From NCBI GenBank assembly GCA_002269645.1, contig NIVC01001599.1:1-64000 (forward strand): a stretch of DNA of 64,000 nt, read 5' to 3'. A program made the position numbers and the translations under genes. Position 1 is the first letter of the stretch; each line of letters starts with the position of its first letter. Below are positions 37,098 to 48,247 of the stretch, piece by piece. Source of the stretch: Macrostomum lignano (taxonomy: Eukaryota). The notes below the pieces were generated by a model that was not told the DNA's origin, did no database searches, and worked only from the letters and a program-made list of their open reading frames with translations.

Positions 37098-39210
37098 GCC
37101 TATAACGCACTGAGAATCGCCCATAACACACTGAACATCGCCATAACACACTGAGAATCGTTCATAACAGATAATCGCCCATAGGCCATAACACACTGAG
37201 AATCGTTCATAACACACAGATATAATCGCCCATAGGCCATAGCACACTGAGAATCGTTCATAACACACAGATAATCGCCCATAGGCCATAGCACACTGAG
37301 AATCGTTCATAACACACAGATAATCGCCCATAGGCCATAGCACACTGAGAATCGTTCATAACACACAGATAATCGCCCATAGGCCATAACACACTGAGAA
37401 TCGTTCATAACACACAGATAATCGCCCATAGGCCATAGCACACTGAGAATCGTTCATAACACACAGATAATCGCCCATAGGCCATAGCACACTGAGAATC
37501 GTTCATAACACACAGATAATCGCCCATAGGCCATAACACACTGAGAATCGTTCATAACACACAGATAATCGCCCATAGGCCATAGCACACTGAGAATCGT
37601 TCATAACACACAGATAATCGCCCATAGGCCATAACACACTGAGAATCGTTCATAACACACAGATAATCGCCCATAGGCCATAGCACACTGAGAATCGTTC
37701 ATAACACACAGATAATCGCCCATAGGCCATAGCACACTGAGAATCGTTCATAACACACAGATATCGCCCATAGGCCATAACACACTGAGAATCGTTCATA
37801 ACACACAGATAATCGCCCATAGGCCATAGCACACTGAGAATCGTTCATAACACACAGATAATCGCCCATAGGCCATAACACACTGAGAATCGTTCATAAC
37901 ACACAGATAATCGCCCATAGGCCATAACACACTGAGAATCGTTCATAACACACAGATAATCGCCCATAGGCCATAGCACACTGAGAATCGTTCATAACAC
38001 ACAGATAATCGCCCATAGGCCATAGCACACTGAGAATCGTTCATAACACACAGATAATCGCCCATAGGCCATAACACACTGAGAATCGTTCATAACACAC
38101 AGATAATCGCCCATAGACCATAACACACTGAGAATCGTTCATAACACACAGATAATCGCCCATAGGCCATAGCACACTGAGAATCGTTCATAACACACAG
38201 ATAATCGCCCATAGGCCATAACACACTGAGAATCGTTCATAACACACAGATAATCGCCCATAGGCCATAGCACACTGAGAATCGTTCATAACACACAGAT
38301 AATCGCCCATAGGCCATAACACACTGAGAATCGTTCATAACACACAGATAATCGCCCATAGGCCATAACACACTGAGAATCGTTCATAACACAGATAATC
38401 GCCCATAGGCCATAACACACTGAGAATCGTTCATAACACAGATAATCGCCTATAGGCCATAACACACTGAGAATCGTCCATAACACACTGAGAATCGTCC
38501 ATAACACACAGATAATCGCCCATAGGCCATAACACACTGAGAATCGTTCATAACACACAGATAATCGCCCATAGGCCATAGCACACTGAGAATCGTTCAT
38601 AACACACAGATAATCGCCCATAGGCCATAACACACTGAGAATCGTTCATAACACACAGATAATCGCCCATAGGCCATAACACACTGAGAATCGTTCATAA
38701 CACACAGATAATCGCCCATAGGCCATAACACACTGAGAATCGTTCATAACACAGATAATCGCCCATAACACACATATATAATCGCCCATAGGCCATAGCA
38801 CACTGAGAATCGTTCATAACACACAGATAATCGCCCATAGGCCATAACACACTGAGAATCGTTCATAACAGATAATCGCCCATAGGCCATAACACACTGA
38901 GAATCGTTCATAACACACAGATAATCGCCCATAGGCCATAACACACTGAGAATCGTTCATAACACACAGATAATCGCCCATAGGCCATAACACACTGAGA
39001 ATCGTTCATAACACAGATAATCGCCCATAGGCCATAACACACTGAGAATCGTTCATAACACAGATAATCGCCTATAGGCCATAACACACGGAGAATCGTT
39101 CATAACACAGATAATCGCCCATAGGCCATAACACACTGAGAATCGTTCATAACACAGATAATCGCCTATAGGCCATAACACACGGAGAATCGTCCATAAC
39201 ACACAGATAA
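37098..39210. repeat. 49-bp minisatellite (ATAACACACAGATAATCGCCCATAGGCCATA(G/A)CACACTGAGAATCGTTC), about 43 copies
   Basis: Read directly. Confidence 0.95.
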
Positions 39211-39679
39211 TGACAATTTTGACGACCCGAGAATTGATTATCCATTAATTCGATTTGCGGAAGCCAAAATTTCAATTTTTTTCCAGTGCTAATTTTCAGT
39301 TAAAAATATTTGTAATAATTATTTGTGCAGTTGCTACCGTGCTCCATAAATGCAGATATCAAAACGATTTGATTTTTTTCCTGTAAAGTGTTTTTTTCTA
39401 ATGCTATTTAGTATTCACCCATCATTTAAAATGACGACCCTGTGATGGAGCCGCAGGCTTTGATCAAGTATTATCTAGAACATTTCATTTCCTAGCTTTT
39501 CATTCCAGTTACAAGTTAAATCAGCTTGTCACCCATTAAATATAATATATTTGAAATCTGTATCCAAGATACCTGCATTAAACCGGAAAATATTTTATTT
39601 AATTCAATAGTAGCTTGCAAACTATCTTTGCTGATTTTCAGTACATGTACACTGCCCTAACAACTGCCAAGGCTACTCA

Positions 39680-41120
39680 GAACCTGGAGTGCCAAGGGAT
39701 CAATTCAGCATCTGGAGTGCCAAGGCAATTTAGAATCTGGGAATTCAGCACCACTTGGAGTACCAAGGCAATTCAGCACCTGGAGTGCCAAGGGAATTCA
39801 GCACTTGGAGTGCCAAGGGATTCAGCACCACTTGGAGTACTAAGGCAATTCAGCACCTGGAGTGCCAAGGGAATTCAGCACTTGGAGTGCCAAGGCAATT
39901 CAGCACCTGGAGTGCCAAGGGTATTCAGCACCTGGAGTACCAAGGCAATTCAGCATCTGGAGTGCCAAGGAAATTTAGAATCTGGAGTGCCAAGGCAACT
40001 CAGCATCTGGAGTGCCAAGGAAATTTAGAATCTGGAGTGCCAAGGCAATTCAGCATCTGGAGTGCCAAGGAAATTTAGAATCTGGAGTGCCAAGGCAATT
40101 CAGCATCTGGAGTGCCAAGGAAATTTAGAATCTGGAGTGCCAAGGCAACTCAGCATCTGGAGTGCCAAGGAAATTTAGAATCTGGAGTGCCAAGGCAATT
40201 CAGCATCTGGAGTGCCAAGGAAATTTAGAATCTGGAGTGCCAAGGCAATTCAGCATCTGGAGTGCCAAGGAAATTTAGAATCTGGAGTGCCAGGGCAATT
40301 TAGCATCTGGAGTGCCAAGGCAATTCAGCATCTGGAGTGCCAAGGAAATTTAGCATCTGGAGTGCCAAGGCAATTCAGCATCTGGAGTGCCAAGGAAATT
40401 TAGAATCTGGAGTGCCAAGGCAATTCAGCATCTGGAGTGCCAAGGAAATTTAGAATCTGGAGTGCCAGGGCAATTTAGCATCTGGAGTGCCAAGGCAATT
40501 CAGCATCTGGAGTGCCAAGGAAATTTAGAATCTGGAGTGCCAAGGCAATTCAGCATCTGGAGTGCCAAGGAAATTTAGAATCTGGAGTGCCAGGGCAATT
40601 TAGCATCTGGAGTGCCAAGGCAATTCAGCATCTGGAGTGCCAAGGAAATTTAGCATCTGGAGTGCCAAGGCAATTCAGCATCTGGAGTGCCAAGGAAATT
40701 TAGAATCTGGAGTGCCAAGGCAATTCAGCATCTGGAGTGCCAAGGAAATTTAGAATCTGGAGTGCCAGGGCAATTTAGCATCTGGAGTGCCAAGGCAATT
40801 CAGCATCTGGAGTGCCAAGGAAATTTAGCATCTGGAGTGCCAAGGCAATTCAGCATCTGGAGTGCCAAGGAAATTTAGAATCTGGAGTGCCAAGGCAATT
40901 CAGCATCTGGAGTGCCAAGGCAATTTAGCATCTGGAGTGCCAAGGCAATTCAGCATCTGGAGTGCCAAGGCAATTTAGAATCTGGAGTGCCAAGGGAATT
41001 CAGCATCTGGAGTGCCAAGGCAATTTAGAATCTGGAGTGCCAAGGCAATTCAGCATCTGGAGTGCCAAGGCAATTTAGAATCTGGAGTGCCAAGGGAATT
41101 CAACACCACTTGGAGTGCCA
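39680..41120. repeat. 25-bp minisatellite (TCTGGAGTGCCAAGG(C/A)AATT(C/T)AG(C/A)A) with higher-order periodicity
   Basis: Read directly. Identical ORF blocks at 40212, 40512 and 40687, plus a one-residue variant at 40387, show 125/175/300-bp super-repeats. Confidence 0.95.
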
Positions 41121-41753
41121 AGTGGTATCTGGGCTAGACTTGTATCTGCAACAATTGAGCAAACAATCCGAAAAAAGTAAAGGCGTGCTCAAGAAACCAG
41201 CCGGACTCCTGGCAGGCGTTCAATAAACAACAATATCAGGCTCAAGAAGTCCGTCACTCAGTTATACAATAATAACAACTGCAATGGACAAGGCTACACA
41301 GGACTCGTATATTCAAGCAGCTATGAGACAATAGCGTGATTATTGCAACAATAAGCATTTCAATGTCAAGCAGCAGCATTAGAATAGGTGGTAAAGAAAA
41401 CAAAGACAAAAGTTCATATCAACTCAAAATAACAAAAAAGGAACGGAGGAAAAGCAAAACAAGATTTAGAATAGAAGTGTAAAGAGAATAACAGTTCCAT
41501 TGAAGTATTGCTTTGCAGTCAGCAATAAACCTGTCAAAAATGATGCAATCAGTTAAATTGAAACGGCGGTCTTTATTGCTCGAAGGTTCAATGAATCGTA
41601 AACCAAATAGTTTATTTACATAACAATTAAGAAGACATTGGAACTGGCCTTGCCAGCGTTAAATAACAGAAATACGAGTTAATGAGGACTTGCTGCAGTC
41701 TGCACTTTATTGTCAGAAACTGCAGGATTTACGAAGCACTTTTAAAACCACCC

Positions 41754-42112
41754 CATACCTGCAGGGATAGATTAGCAATCCATTCTTTTCAATACCTGCA
41801 GGGATAGATTAGCAATCCATTCTTTTCAATACCTGCAGAAATAGATTAGCAATCCATTCTTTTCAATACCCGCAGGGATAGATTAGCAATCCATTCTTTT
41901 CAATACCTGCAGGGATAGATTAGCAATCCATTCTTTTCAATACCTGCAGGGATAGATTAGCAATCCATTCTTTTCAATACCTGCAGGGATAGATTAGCAA
42001 TCCATTCTTTTCAATACCTGCAGGGATAGATTAGCAATCCATTCTATTCCCTAACTGCAGGGATAGATTAGCAATCCATTCTATTCCCTAACTGCAGGGA
42101 TAGATTAGCAAT
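41754..42112. repeat. 37-bp minisatellite (ATACCTGCAGGGATAGATTAGCAATCCATTCTTTTCA), about 10 copies
   Basis: Read directly. Confidence 0.92.
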
Positions 42113-42301
42113 TCATTGCAGCACTTAACAAAATGCTACAATAAAAGTTGACTTGCACAGTTCAAATAAAACAATGTAACGCAACAAGATGTTAATCTTG
42201 AATAAGCAAGCAAAACAAACAGTTGGAGAGTGATTAGAATTAAGATGCGAGCGAGAACGTCTTCCCCTCCCCCCCAATCAAAGGAATCAAAGCTGAATGA
42301 G

Positions 42302-42436
42302 TTAATAATTGCCATTTCCGCTAGCTGTGTACCAAGCCGGGTAAGACTGCTGCTGGAGCTGCTGCTGGTGCACGTAGCCACCGGGGCCGCCGCCCCCGCG
42401 CGCCTTGCATGGGGCCGGTGGAACTGCTGCTGGTTG

Positions 42437-42468
<32 letters not shown>

Positions 42469-43749
42469 ATGCGGCTGGCGAGGCAAGTAGAAATTGCGGC
42501 CACCCCGGCTGCCGCTGAACGGAGGCCGGACCTTCTTTTCGTTCTCGTCGGCGAAGCGGATCTGCGCGGCAACGGGAGAACGCCGAAAGCATATATACAG
42601 TATAATATATATGTACATGGTAAATTTCAGATCTCACATTCTAATCGTTAATCCTTTTAAATGCCTATGCCAGATTCCACACACCCATTTCAAATATCCC
42701 ATATTTCATTCAGATCCCACATCCCAATGTAAAATCCATATCCCAATGTCAGATCCCAAATCATAATTTCAGATCCCAAATCCCAATTTCCGATCCCAAA
42801 TCCCAATTTCCGATCCCACATCCCAATTTCAGATCCCAAATCCCAATTTCAGATCCCATCCCAATTTCAGATCCAAATCCCAATTTCAGATTCTAAATCC
42901 CAATTTCAGATCCCACATCCCAATTTCAGATCCCAAATCCCAATTTCAGATCCCACATCCCAATTTCAGATCCCAAATCCCAATTTCAGATTCTAAATCC
43001 CAATTTCAGATCCCACATCCCAATTTCAGATCCCAAATCCCAATTTCAGATCCTAAATCCCAATTTCAGATCCCACATCCCAATTACAGATCCCGAATCC
43101 CAATGTCAGATCCCACATCCCAGTGTCAGATCCCCACATCCCAGTGTCAGATCCACATCCGTGTCAGACCACACATTCCAAGTTCAGATCCCACATCCCA
43201 ATGTCACCTGCACAAGCTGCTGTTCCGAGTTGGCAGCCGAGTCGCCAGATGCAGCAGGCCAGGGCCTGTTGTGCAGGGCATCCAGAGCGGCCTGGGCCGA
43301 GCTGTGAGTTTCGAACAAGCAGAAGCCGAGCAGACCGCGCGGAGCCACCGCCGGCTGCTGCTGCTGCCCTGCAACAAGCGGCAGTTAATAATCGGACCGA
43401 ATCTTCCCAGCACCTGTTGCAGAGCCTCCTCTGTGATGCCGAACGGCAGGCAGGAGATGTGCAGCTTGCAGTTTCTGGTCTCCTCGCTGCGCAGGCGGGC
43501 GAAGGCCACTTTAATAGTTTTCCTGCCCAGCTGGTGGCCGTTCAGGTTGTCTATGGCCCGGGCCGCGGCCTCGTGCGAGTTGTAGTCGCAGAAGCCGTAG
43601 CCGTAGCTGTAGCCTGTGGCGTTGTTGCGGCAGATCTTCACCGACTTCACGCCCGGAGCCAGAGAGTCGAACAGCTTATGGAGCTCGTCGTCTCTAAGCT
43701 CCTGCGGCAGGTAGTTCACGATTAGGTTCGTGTCGGAGTACTGAGCCAT
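42302..43749 (-). CDS. Sex-lethal/ELAV-family protein with two RRMs and a Q/G-rich tail; exons 43749-43208 and 42561-42302; two apparent 1-bp frameshifts (~43368, ~42395)
   Basis: DTNLIVNYLPQ, TGYSYGYGFCDY and IKVAFAR. RRM2 (KLHISCLP) continues as GFCLFETHSSAQAALDAL in a shifted frame and splices CAG|GT...CAG| to IRFADE. Plausible C-terminus YVHQQQLQQQSYPAWYTASGNGNY* in another shifted frame. A possible upstream ATG lies at 43812. Confidence 0.8.
42705..43205. repeat. 20-bp intronic minisatellite (CAGATCCCAAATCCCAATTT)
   Basis: Abuts the splice donor at 43207. Confidence 0.9.
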
Positions 43750-43909
43750 GCCTCTGATTGGCTGCGTAGTCAACAGTGAGTGAGCCTTTAGCAGCGAGGA
43801 TGGCGACAGCATGAAATGTTGGATAGAATAGAGCAGCTTGCTTACTAGTGTGATTTGATTACCTGTGGCATCTCAGTTTTGGATCAGTGTTCAAGATTAC
43901 AGAAGAGAC

Positions 43910-45490
43910 TATGGGATTACGGTTTGGGATTAGGGATCAATGATTACGGTTTTGGAATCTATGATTACGATTTGGGATCTATGATTACGGTTTGGGATCT
44001 ATGATTACGATTTGGGATCTATGATTACGGTTTTGGGATCTATGATTACGGTTTTGGAATCTATGATTACGGTTTGGGATCTATGATTATGGTTTTGGGA
44101 TCTATGATTACGGTTTTGGGATCTATGATTACGGTTTGGGATTTATGATTACGGTTTTGGGATCTATGATTACGGTTTGGGATCTATGATTATGGTTTTG
44201 GGATCTATGATTACGGTTTGGGATCTATGATTACGGTTTTGGGATCTATGATTACGGTTTGGGATCTATGATTACGATTTGGGATCTATGATTACGGTTT
44301 TGGGATCTATGATTACGGTTTTGGAATCTATGATTACGGTTTGGGATCTATGATTATGGTTTTGGGATCTATGATTACGGTTTTGGGATCTATGATTACG
44401 GTTTGGAATTTATGATTACGGTTTTGGAATCTATGATTACGGTTTGGGATCTATGATTATGGTTTTGGGATCTATGATTACGATTTGGGATCTATGATTA
44501 CGGTTTTGGGATCTATGATTACGGTTTTGGAATCTATGATTACGGTTTGGGATCTATGATTATGGTTTTGGGATCTATGATTACGGTTTTGGGATCTATG
44601 ATTACGGTTTGGAATTTATGATTACGGTTTTGGGATCTATGATTACGGTTTGGGATCTATGATTATGGTTTTGGGATCTATGATTACGATTTGGGATCTA
44701 TGATTACGGTTTTGGGATCTATGATTACGGTTTGGGATCTATGATTACGATTTGGATCTATGATTACGGTTTTGGATCTATGATTACGGTTTTGGAATCT
44801 ATGATTACGGTTTGGGATCTATGATTATGGTTTTGGGATCTATGATTACGGTTTTGGGATCTATGATTACGGTTTGGAATTTATGATTACGGTTTTGGGA
44901 TCTATGATTACGGTTTGGGATCTATGATTATGGTTTTGGGATCTATGATTACGATTTGGGATCTATGATTACGGTTTTGGGATCTATGATTACGGTTTGG
45001 GATCTATGATTACGATTTGGGATCTATGATTACGGTTTTGGGATCTATGATTACGGTTTGGAATCTATGATTACGTTTGGGATCTATGATTATGGTTTTG
45101 GGATCTATGATTACGGTTTTGGGATCCATGATTACGGTTTGGAATTTATGATTACGGTTTTGGGATCTATGATTACGGTTTGGGATCTATGATTATGGTT
45201 TTGGGATCTATGATTACGGTTTTGGGATCTATGATTACGGTTTGGGATCTATGATTACGATTTGGAATCTATGATTATGGTTTTGGGATCTGGGATTACG
45301 ATTTGGGATTATGGTTTTGGAATCAGGGATTATGGTTTTGGGATCTGGGATTACAGTGTTGAGATTTTATATTACGGTTTTAGGATCTAAGATTGCGGCT
45401 TTGGATCTGGGATTACAGTTTTGGGATCTGTGATTACGGTTTAGGGGTCTGGGATTACGGTTTTGGGGATTAAGATTGCGGTTTTGGTAC
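43910..45490. repeat. 20-21-bp minisatellite (GGGATCTATGATTACGGTTT[T]), about 75 copies
   Basis: Read directly. Degenerates at both ends. Confidence 0.95.
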
Positions 45491-45929
45491 ATGGGATTAT
45501 TTTGGGGATTTTTGGTCCAGAACCCGAAGATACTAACCTAGATCAGCCTCTGAGCCTCTTTAAGTGTAAAAAATTAGTAAACACGTAAAGAAAACGACAT
45601 GACAGAATGAAAATTTGATAAGTTCAGGCGTAAAAGTAATAACTGCGGCTCGTTTTTGTAATAAAAATGCTTACAACTATTGCACAATAGATTAATATTA
45701 TTACTATTTACATGATAGCACCAACATGAAAAAAAAACAAATTACGTTAGAAAATAAAAATTCTATGCTCGAGAACATTATTGGGCAGCAACAATTTTAG
45801 CATTAAAAAGCTGCATGAATGGTTAGCAGACTACTCATAGTAGCAGCTGCAAAATATTAAATACAAAGTGATATATAATGCGGCTATGGGGTCAAACAGG
45901 CGACTTCCTAATTTTCAAGGGGCGATTCG

Positions 45930-46185
45930 AAAGGGGCGGATTGGGGCGATTCTCATGGGGGTGGATTGGGGCGATTCTCAAGGGGGCAGATTGGGGCGAT
46001 TCTCATAGGGGGCGGATTGGGGCGATTCTCATAGGGGGCGGATTGGGGCGATTCTCATAGGGGCGGATTGGGGCGATTCTCATAGGGGGCGGATTGGGGC
46101 GATTCTCATAGGGGGCGGATTGGAGCGATTCTCATAGGGGGCGGATTAAGGCGATTCTCATAGGGGCGGATGGGACGATTCTCAA
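45930..46185. repeat. 26-bp minisatellite (GGGGCGATTCTCATAGGGGGCGGATT)
   Basis: About 10 copies immediately 3' of the ORC2 stop. Confidence 0.9.
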
Positions 46186-46231
46186 GGGTTTCAGAGGTTC
46201 CAGCTGACTCTCAGGGCGCCAGGCCGCAGTG

Positions 46232-48247
46232 TCAGTCGCACTCGTCGCCGAACGCAGCCAGGAACTGCACCAGGGTGTCGGCAGGCAGCGGCACCAGCGC
46301 AGAGTCGCCGGCCTGGCCGCGGCCGTCGAATTTCAGCCTGACGAGGCCGTGGTCGCGGAACTCGCGGAGGTGAGCCTGCAGAGTGAGCTCGGAGGTGACC
46401 AACATGCCGTCCCGGCAGGCCGTGTAAACCTCATCCAGCGGCCAGGGCTCACCGGGCCGCTCCAGCTGCCGCCTGGCCAGCATGACGAACAGCGACCTGG
46501 CGTTCTGCGTCAGCGAGGCCATGAGGTGCCGCAGGCTGGACAGCTGCAGCGCGACCGACACTTCGCCGCCGATGCCAACGGCGCCAGAACCGGCGCCGGC
46601 GGTTGTCGACTCGACGGCCCGGCCGGTGTAGGCGGCGCTGGCAGGCAATTCCTCGATATAGGGGCGCAGCGGCTTGGGCAACTGGCACCACAGGCAGGCC
46701 ATGCTGGTGAGCTGGCCGCGGTCCCACAGCAACTGGCACAGCCGGTGATCCAGACTGGCGATCATTCGGACAGTCGGTGATGAGACCAGCGCCGTGATGG
46801 CCTCCGCGGCTTTGTCCGTGCGCAGCTGCGGCCCGTCAAGGCTGTGGAACTGAGGGCGGCGTATTGGGACTGGACTATGGGGATCTGAGAGATTTGGGAA
46901 TCCAGTATGGGGATCTGGGAGATTTGGGAATTCAGTATGGGGATCTGAGAGATTTGGGAAGACAGAATGGGATCTAGGAGATTTGGGAATGCAGTATGGG
47001 ATCTGAGAGGTTTGGGAATTCAGTATGGGGATCTGAGAGATTTGGGAATGCAGTATGGGGATCTGGGAGATTCGGGAATTCAGTATGGGGATCTGAGAGA
47101 TTTGGGAATGCAGTATGGGGATCTGGGAGATTCGGGAATTCAGTATGGGGATCTGAGAGATTTGGGAATGCAGTATGGGGATCTGAGAGATTTGGGAATT
47201 CAGTATGGGGATCTGAGAGATTTGGGAATGCAGTATGGGGATCTGGGAGATTCGGGAATTCAGTATGGGGATCTGAGAGATTTGGGAATGCAGTATGGGG
47301 ATCTGGGAGATTCGGGAATTCAGTATGGGGATCTGAGAGATTTGGGAATGCAGTATGGGGATCTGAGAGATTTGGGAATTCAGTATGGGGATCTGAGAGA
47401 TTTGGGAATTCAGTATGGGGATCTGAGAGATTTGGGAATGCAGTATGGGGATCTGAGAGATTTGGGAATTCAGTATGGGATCTGGGAGATTTGGGAATGC
47501 AGTATGGGGATCTGAGAGATTTGGGAATTCAGTATGGGGATCTGGGAGATTTGGGAATCCAGTATAGGGATCTAGATTAAAGACCCGAGATCATGAGGGG
47601 TTGGTAGGTTGGGATTAAGCCTGAGGGTTCAAGTTTGTGAGGTTGACAGAGCTGAGGTCAACCAGTCTCACCACAATGTACAGAGTGAGGCCGACAGTCT
47701 CCAGAGTAGAAGCAATCAGCCTGGCCATGTCAGGCAGCGACTTGGCAGAGCTGGGCGTCACCTCGCCGATCAGTTCCTCAACAAGCGCCGTCAGGATGGC
47801 CTTGGGACCGGCCTCGGGATGGAAGCCGTCAATCTCGGCGCAGAGCTGATCGCCGAGGCAGGCAGACTTGAACTGGCGCAGCAGGTGCCGCTTGGACCCC
47901 AGGCCATACACTAGCAGGCTGAATCCGCCCACGCGAAGGCGGCGCGACCAGTCAGCAAAGTAGATCCGGGCGCACTCGGCCTCGGCTGCGGTTGGCGAGC
48001 TGGCCGCAGCTTCGGTGGCTTCGATGTACTCTTCGGCCAGGCGCAGCGAAGTCTCCTCGTCCGGCCGGTTGGCCAGGGAGGCGAGCGTGGCTGGGCGGGA
48101 TCTACTTGCCGATTTATTCTTGTTATTCTTGTACTTTTTATTATTATAATTCGACTTTAACCTGGGCGCCGATGCGGCATTGAAATATCGATCAGTTTCT
48201 TCGGCAGCTTGGCGAATTGCATCATCTCGGTTGGCTTCTAGGGGCAT
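46232..48247 (-). CDS. ORC2: Origin recognition complex subunit 2; exons 48247-47672 and 46849-46232 (~397 aa)
   Basis: FSLLVYGLGSKRHLL, IDGFHP, LYIV|FHSLDG, MIASLDH, LLWD, PYIEE, SLTQNAR and LQAHLREFRDH match the ORC2 motifs I recall. Phase-0 GT-AG intron. Confidence 0.92.
46868..47575. repeat. 30-bp intronic minisatellite (CAGTATGGGGATCTG(A/G)GAGATTTGGGAAT(T/G))
   Basis: Fills most of the ORC2 intron and ends under 20 nt from the acceptor. Confidence 0.95.

Noticed and set aside
37098-41120. Regular 25-49-bp repeats as possible CRISPR arrays
   Set aside because: Units are directly adjacent with no unique spacers, there are no cas genes, and the context is eukaryotic and intron-containing.
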